From the sequence record PV662128.1: a DNA stretch of 64,000 nt, one strand, 5' to 3'. This document shows, piece by piece, positions 18,231-26,862 of the stretch. The notes under the pieces were generated by a model. That model was not told where the DNA came from. It saw only the letters and a program-made list of their open reading frames with translations, and did no database searches. Made by a program: the position numbers and the translations under genes. The number at the start of each line of letters is the position of its first letter. Positions within the stretch are counted from its first letter, which is position 1.

Positions 18231-20789
18231 GTGGCTACAACTCCAACTACGGGTGATATCCCCAGCAATGCTGCGGTGGACCTCAAGTTTAACTCGGAAC
18301 AATTCGACCGAGTGATGAATTCTGACGATCTGACTTATACAGATCGTTTTGGTAAAAAACGTATTACGATGAAAGGGGTTCAGGAACTCGCCAATGGTTT
18401 CCAAGATACTTTCACGAATCTGTTGGGTTCTCCCGACGGATTTAAATTGATCGGCGGGGTGAAATCTTTTGATACCCTGAGATCGACACCAGTTAAGGCC
18501 GAAGGCCAACGTATTTTCCTCAAGTCCTATTATGAAAACGGTAATACTGGCGGTGGGATTTTCATTGGTCATATCGGGACTAAGTTAGACGATAGCGGTA
18601 CGGTAGCCCAGGGTGTTAATTTCTATTGGGAAAGATCCCTAGACGGAATAGTCCCAACAATAGAAATGTTTGGATGCCCAAATGACGCTTCTACTGACGC
18701 CGGGCCTTATATTACTAAAGCGCTTAACGTCATGGGTGAAATCTGTCTACAGAACAGAACCTACTACGTCGATTCCGCAGACATCCCGTCGAATAGCAAG
18801 ATCGTTTCTTTAGGAGGGGCAGTAATACGACCGCTCACAGGAGGTGCGTCTGCTAAGTTTAATTTGGGTTCAGGAAGAGAAAAAATAAGATTCGAGAATA
18901 TTAAATTCTCAGACCCGGCGAATCTCGTAACTAGCGAAGACGCACTTTTAATAAATGCTGAAAGTGTTACCGGTTTGACCATTACCAATTGTACTTTTGA
19001 AGGCTTAAAACAGCGCTGCGTTAGAGTCAGAAACGGATCTGGAATTAAGATTACCAATAACAAATTTAAAGGCAGTCTTCCTCATTCCCAATTAAGCGAT
19101 GAAAGATCTGCTGAGATTTATCTGGTGGACACCCTTGAACACGTTATTGTTTCTGAGAATCAGTTCTACGGGGCCGATACCGGCCTGTGGGGGTCGAGAG
19201 AAATAGCGATATTCGTTCACGCGGTGACTTCTGGAACATATTGGAATGACGTCCACATCACGAGTAATTATACCGAGAACTATCGTCGATTTGGGATAGG
19301 TGTGGGGACTCAGGATATCGGAACGCTAAATCAGTTATCAAAAAATGTGTGGATAACTGAAAATTTGATCGTTAATTCCGGACAAGAAGGGATTAAGATG
19401 AAAGCCGGTTCGATAGTCCACGTTGATAACAACACAGTGGATGGATTCGAGGGCATAATGCCCGAAGTTCCAGATTCATTAAACGGCGGCATATTCATGC
19501 AAATTAACGCCGAATCAACTTGTAACGGGAACCGAATTTACGGCAGAAATAAAAAGTTATGGTCTGGGGCGGTGACTTCCGCTACGACTACAACCGTTTC
19601 TCTCCCTACTAGTAACTGGACGACTTACACGATATCGGCGTCCGGAGGGAGTGGTGTTAGCGCGATCGTTGGGAAATACGTTTATATCAGTTCTGGAACT
19701 GGGGCGGGGCAGTGGCGTCGTATTGTGAGCTGGAGTGCCGCAACCAATATGGCTACCATCAACACCGCATGGACGACGCAGCCAGATACCACCAGTGTAA
19801 TAGATGTTTATAGTAATCCTTCTATAGGGATCAAATATCGTGGCAACAATACTGGCGTCGCCACCTGGGCTGATAGCAGGACCGCGAGATGTTTTCAGAG
19901 TGAGAACAACTATGTGGAAGGTTGCGAAGTAGGATTCGGCCTATCAGAACCCCTTTTCAATTGTCAATTTAGCTCGCTTCATGCTCAGAACTGTAGAGCT
20001 ATATTAAAAACTTATTCCGGGACATTGAAAACCACCAGGGGTATTCAGTTCTTTGGCTTAACCGGACAATACGTTGATTATCCGTCTACTGATAACTCAT
20101 CTGCGGTAACGTTTACAGATTGTAGTCAGATCGAAATACATGGTTTGAAAATATCCGGAAGTTATTACGACGGGTTACGACTTTCTAACATCGATAACTT
20201 TAAAATTTTCGGTGGGGTCATAGAAGGATGCGGGATGGGAGTCACGGGCCGTTACGGGTTAGCCATTGCTGGCGGGGTGACTAACTTTGAATCTCACGGT
20301 ATGACCTACGGCGGCGCTAACGCAGGAACGGGTCAAAGTTACGCGGCGTTTTTCCAGAACACTAATAGCGGTATTTCCTTCTTCGGGGGGAGTATGTTGG
20401 GTAACGTTACAGGGGTGTTTAACTCAGGGTCGTCTGGTGCACTATATCCCCCAAGGGATACCGTCTTTAGCGGGGTAGCCGGGGTGGGTCAGATTAAGGG
20501 TGTGACTCTCGTTGATAATGCGTCCAAAGTAATCGTCCCCGGTACTGATAAAGACACTGTTTTATTTAATACCGCGCTGACCGCGATTAGAACAGTAACT
20601 TTCTCCACGGCCTTTGTTGAAGATGGTTGTGTGTACACCATCTGTAGATCGGCCGCTGCCACGGGGAGTTTTGCTCTCAACGTAGTGACCGCGGTAGGAA
20701 CACAAGCTCTCGCAGTAGGTTCCTACCTAAGAGTTATTTACTCGAGTACGCTAGGTTGGATCCCTGTTTCCTACGGTTTATTGAGTTAA
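18231..20789 (+). CDS. Tailspike / putative depolymerase 4
   Basis: AAGGAG SD, GTG start; shared anchor; GSPDGF..GGGIF domain; beta-helix rungs (ITNCTFEG, ITNNKFKG). Confidence 0.85.
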   Translation: MATTPTTGDIPSNAAVDLKFNSEQFDRVMNSDDLTYTDRFGKKRITMKGVQELANGFQDTFTNLLGSPDGFKLIGGVKSFDTLRSTPVKAEGQRIFLKSYYENGNTGGGIFIGHIGTKLDDSGTVAQGVNFYWERSLDGIVPTIEMFGCPNDASTDAGPYITKALNVMGEICLQNRTYYVDSADIPSNSKIVSLGGAVIRPLTGGASAKFNLGSGREKIRFENIKFSDPANLVTSEDALLINAESVTGLTITNCTFEGLKQRCVRVRNGSGIKITNNKFKGSLPHSQLSDERSAEIYLVDTLEHVIVSENQFYGADTGLWGSREIAIFVHAVTSGTYWNDVHITSNYTENYRRFGIGVGTQDIGTLNQLSKNVWITENLIVNSGQEGIKMKAGSIVHVDNNTVDGFEGIMPEVPDSLNGGIFMQINAESTCNGNRIYGRNKKLWSGAVTSATTTTVSLPTSNWTTYTISASGGSGVSAIVGKYVYISSGTGAGQWRRIVSWSAATNMATINTAWTTQPDTTSVIDVYSNPSIGIKYRGNNTGVATWADSRTARCFQSENNYVEGCEVGFGLSEPLFNCQFSSLHAQNCRAILKTYSGTLKTTRGIQFFGLTGQYVDYPSTDNSSAVTFTDCSQIEIHGLKISGSYYDGLRLSNIDNFKIFGGVIEGCGMGVTGRYGLAIAGGVTNFESHGMTYGGANAGTGQSYAAFFQNTNSGISFFGGSMLGNVTGVFNSGSSGALYPPRDTVFSGVAGVGQIKGVTLVDNASKVIVPGTDKDTVLFNTALTAIRTVTFSTAFVEDGCVYTICRSAAATGSFALNVVTAVGTQALAVGSYLRVIYSSTLGWIPVSYGLLS

Positions 20790-20836
20790 TTAATCCAAGA
20801 GGGAGATCTAAATCTCCCTCTTCTTAAAGGTGAATT

Positions 20837-23800
20837 ATGACTACCCCAACTAATAACAACATTCCCAGTAATTCTGTACAGGACAGATTGTACAACGCTG
20901 AGAAATTCGACGAATTTATGAATTCGGATAACCCCAACTATACTGATCGTAAAGGAACTAAACGCTGGACACTGAACGGTATTCGACAAGCCATTGTCAA
21001 TTGGATGGACGGTTTTTCTTCTGATGTCGGTGCCGCTAACATAGGTACTGAAACTGGTCAGAATTTGTCCGACCGGTTAAGTGGATTGGGTGTTGTATTT
21101 AAATCTGTATCTGATTTTATTTACTCGCCTGTCTCACCTGATAAAATAACCGTCAGGGGGTTTTATAATGATGGTGACGGAGGAAATGGAACGTGGGTAA
21201 AAACAGGCGTTCTTGATCAGAGTAAGAAAAGCTCCCATTTACCAAATCAGGCTAAAATTTATAACTCTGTTGGGGCGGAATATGTTCTTTCTCTTGACGC
21301 CATCATCGAAATAGACGCTAAAGCAAACGGCGCTAAAGGTGTGAATAATCTCACCGATAATGAATTCGTTTGCATAAACCAAGTTTTAAATGGAATTTCC
21401 ACCGTATTTGGTTATCAATGGTGTGATTCAGGTTACAGTGTACTGACCCAAGGAAAAACCTACAAAACAATAAAAATTCTTGTGACCGCAAGCCCTTACG
21501 GGAGTTTTTACAGAATAGGTAAAGAAACTTTTAATCTTAAAGGTGGAATGTCTTTAGATTATGGTTTATCTGTAATGAGATTGTCCCCTCATCCAGATTT
21601 CACTTATAAGAAAACAGGCAAAAGAATTCACGCCATAAGTACCAAGGACTTCGTGAGTTATTTTAGAAATCAGAGTACATCGTGGGATTTGGCTTCATTT
21701 GCAAACTCCACAATATCTGGCGGTATTTTTATAGGTGATCATGCTCCAGCGGTAAGTCGTGATGACGCTACTGCTGGTTTAGGGCTTTTTATTATAAACC
21801 CTAAACACGTAAATATTTCACAAGTAGAGTGTAGAGGATTTTTAACTGGTGGGGTGTTTAGAGAGTGGAACGCTAGATTTACGAATGATAAACATATTCA
21901 TTCTGCCGCTGATTATGTTTTAGAGCGAGATGACGATAAAGATGTCCAGCAAGGTCATTTTTACGGGGTGAAATTAAATAACTGTTTATTCTCAGGTAAT
22001 AGGGATTGTGAAGTCATCAACATGTGTGATTGGTCGTCGATCGACACATGTAAAATTAATAATGAAAGGGCCTGGATTTTAGGTGTGGACGCGGTAGCCC
22101 CTAAACATTTATTGATCAACACCGGTTCTTGCTTCTCATTAACAGGAGGTGAAGTAAGTGTCTATCACGATAACTACACGTCTGCCACTTCTCCATATTA
22201 CCCCTATACTTACGCTCCTCAGAAATCAACGATTTTTGATGCTGCTAAACTTAGCGGTTATGCGGCGCACTATTCGGAGTGGAATAAATGTAAGTTTGAA
22301 ATTGATAACGTGGGGTTTACATACTCTACCGGCGATGGTGACGATCTTTCTACTACACAGCGCTATTCAGGCCTGACCATAGAACACGATACCAATTATA
22401 AACCAGATCGCAAAAACTCTTTTTTATTGCGTTTTGCTGACGGTTACTTTGGATCTTTTAGTGGGGACGATTATGCAGGATGGGTATATAACGACCCTAC
22501 TCTGGGATTTAGTAGAGGGGACGTGCCTCGAGCCATAATGAATATGACTGTCGGGAGACCGGTACATGACGATTCGGCATTTCTTCACGGAGGATACGAT
22601 TTCAAATATGGAACTTATAATGTTGGATTTTGGGGAAGTGCAGTACCCGATGTCGACTGTTTAAGAGGAACCAGAGATAAGGGTTTCTTAAATGACAATG
22701 GATTGATGTTTAATACTGGGACTTTAGTTCTTCCGGTCGCTAACCCCAGTTACGACAGCACGATCTGTATTTGGTATTACGACCATACCGGTAACTACGA
22801 TCCTAAGAATGTTAGGATGAACAGTTATAGCCCAGTCTCCACCGGTCAAGGACTTCTTTCATACATTTCCTATGCCAATAACTTGATCGACTATGGTAAT
22901 GGTTGGAAATTGATGGTCATTAGAAACCTCAGACCATTTGGTTATTCCGAAGAGAAAAGCTACCAAGGACAGTCTTCCATTTTAATCACTACCAATTCGG
23001 AAACACCTATCACTCTTAAATTAGTTAGAGCTTATAAGGGCGGTGTTCCTTTATTTCCAGCGGCATTACCCGACTATATCCCATTGACTCAAACTAATGG
23101 GGTTTGGGGAACGATGACTTCATCCACCGGAATGGATCTAAATGTGTCAAGTTTCGGTGGGGGTATTTTTAGACCTGGCGATCTGATTGATGGTTGGTAT
23201 TATCTTAAGCATGATTCCCGCTGGAATTTCATACAGGATTTAAATACTTACGGATACCCTCTTAATAGAAGATTTGTACTGACTTCAGGGTCAGCCGGTA
23301 GCTATCTTTCAACCAATACCTTTACAGGAACGGTGACTTCAAAGGGAACTGGATTTACGGAAATAGATTTCGGTGCGAACGTTAATAAGATTTTCTTAGG
23401 AATCCCGTTAAATATAAGCGGATCTACGGGTTCCGTAACCTCAGGAAAATTCAATTTAGCTTCGAGAACTATTAACCCGGACGGTACTTTCAGCACTAAA
23501 TATATAGTAGACGGTACTTTAGGTAACGTCGGAGATGTATTGACCATCGACAATAGCTTAGGTGAATATACTTTCCAGCCAATTAGAATACCGTCATTAC
23601 AAGTCACGCAATGGATAAATACAGACGGCTCTCTGACAGTTAAGGGTGTGTCTAATTTAGCAGGAACTATTTTTGCGGGGACGTCACGCCCAGATGGAGA
23701 TAATACTAGAACCTCCGGATCGTCGTCATACAGATATTCCGCTTCGTACGCTGTAAAGAGAATGTACACCGGAACACTAGGTGACTTTTACGGAGCCGGA

Positions 23801-23923
23801 TCCCCGGAGGGAGTTTTAGCGGCCTCCATAGGGTCTACTTACCGTAGAACGGATGGCGGGCCAGGAACCACCTTTTACGTAAAGGAATCCGGTACTGATA
23901 AAACCGGGTGGGTTGCCAAATAA
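20837..23923 (+). CDS. Tailspike / tail fibre 5 (1028 aa)
   Basis: Shared anchor variant; GFYNDGDGGNGTW; C-terminal GSPEGVLAASIGSTYRRTDGGPGTTFYVKESGTDKTGWVAK, a typical tailspike end. Confidence 0.85.
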   Translation: MTTPTNNNIPSNSVQDRLYNAEKFDEFMNSDNPNYTDRKGTKRWTLNGIRQAIVNWMDGFSSDVGAANIGTETGQNLSDRLSGLGVVFKSVSDFIYSPVSPDKITVRGFYNDGDGGNGTWVKTGVLDQSKKSSHLPNQAKIYNSVGAEYVLSLDAIIEIDAKANGAKGVNNLTDNEFVCINQVLNGISTVFGYQWCDSGYSVLTQGKTYKTIKILVTASPYGSFYRIGKETFNLKGGMSLDYGLSVMRLSPHPDFTYKKTGKRIHAISTKDFVSYFRNQSTSWDLASFANSTISGGIFIGDHAPAVSRDDATAGLGLFIINPKHVNISQVECRGFLTGGVFREWNARFTNDKHIHSAADYVLERDDDKDVQQGHFYGVKLNNCLFSGNRDCEVINMCDWSSIDTCKINNERAWILGVDAVAPKHLLINTGSCFSLTGGEVSVYHDNYTSATSPYYPYTYAPQKSTIFDAAKLSGYAAHYSEWNKCKFEIDNVGFTYSTGDGDDLSTTQRYSGLTIEHDTNYKPDRKNSFLLRFADGYFGSFSGDDYAGWVYNDPTLGFSRGDVPRAIMNMTVGRPVHDDSAFLHGGYDFKYGTYNVGFWGSAVPDVDCLRGTRDKGFLNDNGLMFNTGTLVLPVANPSYDSTICIWYYDHTGNYDPKNVRMNSYSPVSTGQGLLSYISYANNLIDYGNGWKLMVIRNLRPFGYSEEKSYQGQSSILITTNSETPITLKLVRAYKGGVPLFPAALPDYIPLTQTNGVWGTMTSSTGMDLNVSSFGGGIFRPGDLIDGWYYLKHDSRWNFIQDLNTYGYPLNRRFVLTSGSAGSYLSTNTFTGTVTSKGTGFTEIDFGANVNKIFLGIPLNISGSTGSVTSGKFNLASRTINPDGTFSTKYIVDGTLGNVGDVLTIDNSLGEYTFQPIRIPSLQVTQWINTDGSLTVKGVSNLAGTIFAGTSRPDGDNTRTSGSSSYRYSASYAVKRMYTGTLGDFYGAGSPEGVLAASIGSTYRRTDGGPGTTFYVKESGTDKTGWVAK

Positions 23924-23955
23924 TTAAAGGTTAGATTTCCAATTACCACATGATG

Positions 23956-23986
23956 TTTGGAGTGTGGATGTAATCCACACTCCAAA
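23956..23986 (+). terminator. Hairpin between tailspike 5 and the mini-tailspike
   Basis: TTTGGAGTGTGGAT-gta-ATCCACACTCCAAA. Confidence 0.7.
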
Positions 23987-24000
23987 TATAAGGAAGCTTT

Positions 24001-24357
24001 ATGACTTCTCCAACCAATAAAGAAATACCGAGTAACAGCGTTCAAGATCGACCCTATAATTCAGAAAAAATTGATGAGTTTATGAATTCGGATAAGACTA
24101 ACTATGTTGACCGGAAGGGAAATAATAGGTGGGCTTTGTCAGGAATTAGTTCGGTCATACAGAATTGGATGGGATCGTTAAGTACGTCCTCTGGCGCTAA
24201 CAACATAGGGTTGGGTAACGGCGGCTATATTTCCGTTATTGCGTTGGCCTCCAGAGCGTACGCTAAATTGGTTAATGTGAGGGCCGGATCTTTTGATTAC
24301 ACTGGCGATGTGGGGTTCATTACCCAAGGTTGCGATTTTACAACCGTTACTAAGTAG
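24001..24357 (+). CDS. Truncated tailspike (anchor only); frame stays open 47 more codons past the TAG
   Basis: N-terminus nearly colinear with tailspike 5; TAG 24355-24357, next in-frame stop TGA 24499-24501. Confidence 0.7.
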   Translation: MTSPTNKEIPSNSVQDRPYNSEKIDEFMNSDKTNYVDRKGNNRWALSGISSVIQNWMGSLSTSSGANNIGLGNGGYISVIALASRAYAKLVNVRAGSFDYTGDVGFITQGCDFTTVTK

Positions 24358-24573
24358 AGTTTCCCTCAATTCGGGTCATTTGGTTTGGGTGAGAGGACTC
24401 AGCGAATGGATGCAATGGCCACCGGTGCGGTAGCGGAATACATCAACACAGTTAATCAGGGTGCGTCGTTCAAAGCTTTAACAACTTACTCCGGGACATG
24501 ATTCTAGTTATTTCCTACCCAACGTTAATGCTATGAAGGTAAGGAGTTAACCCACACACAGCAGGTATAATCT

Positions 24574-25353
24574 ATGCAGAATCGTAATGTTAAGCGCGCT
24601 AACCGAGTAGCGAAACGAGAAGCTAAAGCAGATGCCCGTCGTAAAAGCAACGCGAGTCTCAGTCTTGTTTCCAGTAGTGACGTTCAAGCCGAAACTCAAC
24701 CTCTTGCGAAGAGAGACACCACACCGTTTCAACCTCGTAATGAGAATCAGGAACGTTACTGGGACGCTCTTCACAGTCGTAATTTGATTATCTCTACGGG
24801 TTCAGCAGGTGCTGGTAAGAGTTATACCGCAGGTGTCTATGCTTGCGATCAGCTCTTAGCTAAAGACGTTGAGAAAATTGTGGTCACTCGTCCGGTGTTA
24901 CAATCTGACGAAGATCTCGGTTTTCTCCCTGGGGATATCGGAGAAAAGTTCGCGCCTTACTTTAAACCTATTCATGAGATTCTCCTTAAACGTTTAGGGG
25001 GTGGTTTCTTAGAATACTGTTTGAAGCCCGGGGTGGAGAAAGTTGAGATAGCGCCTTTCGCTTACATGCGTGGGAATACCTTTAGTGACGCGGTCGTTAT
25101 TCTGGATGAAGCGCAAAACGTCACGGTTAATCAGATGAAACTGTTCCTAACCCGCATCGGGGAAGGATGCACGGTCATTATTGACGGCGATCCATTACAG
25201 TGCGACTTACCCAAAGGAGTGAAATCCGGGTTAGTCGACTTATTAGAGCGCATCAAACATACCGGATTGGATATACCTGTTGTAGAGTTTACAGATGAAG
25301 ATTGTGTTCGATCAGAAACCTGTAAGATGGCATTGGCTCTTTATAAAGATTAA
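24574..25353 (+). CDS. phoH: PhoH-family ATPase
   Basis: GSAGAGKS, IVVTRPVLQ, LGFLPGDI.EKFAPY, EIAPFAYMRG, ILDEAQN. Confidence 0.95.
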   Translation: MQNRNVKRANRVAKREAKADARRKSNASLSLVSSSDVQAETQPLAKRDTTPFQPRNENQERYWDALHSRNLIISTGSAGAGKSYTAGVYACDQLLAKDVEKIVVTRPVLQSDEDLGFLPGDIGEKFAPYFKPIHEILLKRLGGGFLEYCLKPGVEKVEIAPFAYMRGNTFSDAVVILDEAQNVTVNQMKLFLTRIGEGCTVIIDGDPLQCDLPKGVKSGLVDLLERIKHTGLDIPVVEFTDEDCVRSETCKMALALYKD

Positions 25354-25363
25354 GTAACCCTTA

Positions 25364-25396
25364 TAACTCCTACTCCCGATAAGGGAGTAGGAGTTA
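25364..25396. repeat. ACTCCTAC hairpin family, copy 2
   Basis: TAACTCCTACTCCC-gataa-GGGAGTAGGAGTTA followed by TTTT. Confidence 0.9.
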
Positions 25397-25446
25397 TTTT
25401 AAACGCTCCACGGCTATTTATGAACCTTTCATAAGAGACTGTAATC

Positions 25447-25914
25447 ATGAACCTCATGTACGATAACTACCTGGGTAGAGAAATCCTGGAATTGGGCTTA
25501 GAAGAAAATCTTATTAGCATGTTAAATTTGGCGATGACTGACGTCAATCACTTCGCTAAGAAAAGTATCGCTAAAGATATCAACCCTTATCCGTTCAATC
25601 CGGAAGATTTTAAGCACAACCGTTTGAATGAACACTACTTCCTCGTTTTTGATGGGAAGAAAATAGTGTCGATTCTATCCGTCGTTTACGCTTTAGAACA
25701 TCATCTCAAAATAGCGAAAATCTTTAACGTTTATACGTTACCAGAGTATCGTCATAAAGGGCTTGCTAAACGCAACCTAACCGCTGCCATCGTGTCGGCA
25801 AGATCAAATGGATACATTGTACAGTTAAACGTTTACAGGTCTAATAAAGCCGCTCAGAAGCTTTACAAAAGCCTTAAATTTAAACCCGTCGAATACACCA
25901 TGCAGCTCGGTTAA
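25447..25914 (+). CDS. GNAT-family N-acetyltransferase
   Basis: NVYTLPEYRHKGLAK; VQLNVYRSNKAAQKLYKSLKF. Confidence 0.9.
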   Translation: MNLMYDNYLGREILELGLEENLISMLNLAMTDVNHFAKKSIAKDINPYPFNPEDFKHNRLNEHYFLVFDGKKIVSILSVVYALEHHLKIAKIFNVYTLPEYRHKGLAKRNLTAAIVSARSNGYIVQLNVYRSNKAAQKLYKSLKFKPVEYTMQLG

Positions 25915-26013
25915 TTTTAACGACCATAATGTTTTATTGGTGATAAACGAGAATACGTTGTTTTAAACATCGGTTTGAAATAACACGTTCTCATTTTAAA
26001 CTGTAAAATAAAG

Positions 26014-26811
26014 GTGAATAGAATGAAAGTGACTAAAGAACAATTGATTGAAGCTTTTAATAAAACGGCAGAGAAGGAAGTCTTGAACTTTAACGATAAA
26101 GTTGATTCTCTCAAGTTAGTTTTAGAAGATTCTAAGATGACCCCTGGACAATTCGAGAATGTGGTTGGTTGGCTGACTGAAATTAGTTTTTTTGGGGAAA
26201 ATCAAATCCTTATTAATTCCGATACTTCATTAACGGGTATTATTTTCTTAGAAAACACGCTCAGTCATGCCAAAAAACTGAATTTAAATAACGCTCGATT
26301 GTACGATTCTTATATTGAAGGTTCAGGGCAATGTGTGATCACTGATTCCAAAATCCAGCGCAGCGCGATAGATATAAACAAGCTTATTGGATCTAAAGTC
26401 ATCATTAGATACAGCGAGATTATCGTTTGCAATATCGTAGATTCTTTTATAGAACATAGCTTTGTTATTGGTAAAGATAATGAGGGCGCGGTGCTTCTGG
26501 CAAATAGTCACGTGGTGCATTCTAGGCTCTGCATTCCAGCAAGTAAAATAAGTAATAAAACATTCTCGTCCGTTATTATCGATGCTGATAAATTCGGTGG
26601 GGATTATTTCTCTATCGGATTAAATGGAGAAAGCGCAGTAGGTTATATCAATGGAACCGAAAAAGTCATTGTGGTGGGTGATAAGAAATATAATCTGGGG
26701 AGTTGGGAAGAGCAATTTGTTAAGAAAGAGCAGAATCAGTTCGTTAGAATGATGAACCAGAAGAAATTAGAAATGATGAATATGTTCTTCGATAGTCTGG
26801 CGTTTAAATAA
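26014..26811 (+). CDS. Hypothetical protein with probable beta-solenoid repeats
   Basis: LYDSYIEG, ITDSKIQRSAI, IRYSEII, IVDSFIEHS periodicity. Confidence 0.6.
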   Translation: MNRMKVTKEQLIEAFNKTAEKEVLNFNDKVDSLKLVLEDSKMTPGQFENVVGWLTEISFFGENQILINSDTSLTGIIFLENTLSHAKKLNLNNARLYDSYIEGSGQCVITDSKIQRSAIDINKLIGSKVIIRYSEIIVCNIVDSFIEHSFVIGKDNEGAVLLANSHVVHSRLCIPASKISNKTFSSVIIDADKFGGDYFSIGLNGESAVGYINGTEKVIVVGDKKYNLGSWEEQFVKKEQNQFVRMMNQKKLEMMNMFFDSLAFK

Positions 26812-26816
26812 AAAAT

Positions 26817-26853
26817 TGTTAACCTGCGGGCCTCTAAGGCCCGCAGGTTAACA
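26817..26853. terminator. Bidirectional terminator between convergent genes
   Basis: TGTTAACCTGCGGGCC-tctaa-GGCCCGCAGGTTAACA, 16-bp stem. Confidence 0.85.
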
Positions 26854-26862
26854 GCGTCTTCC

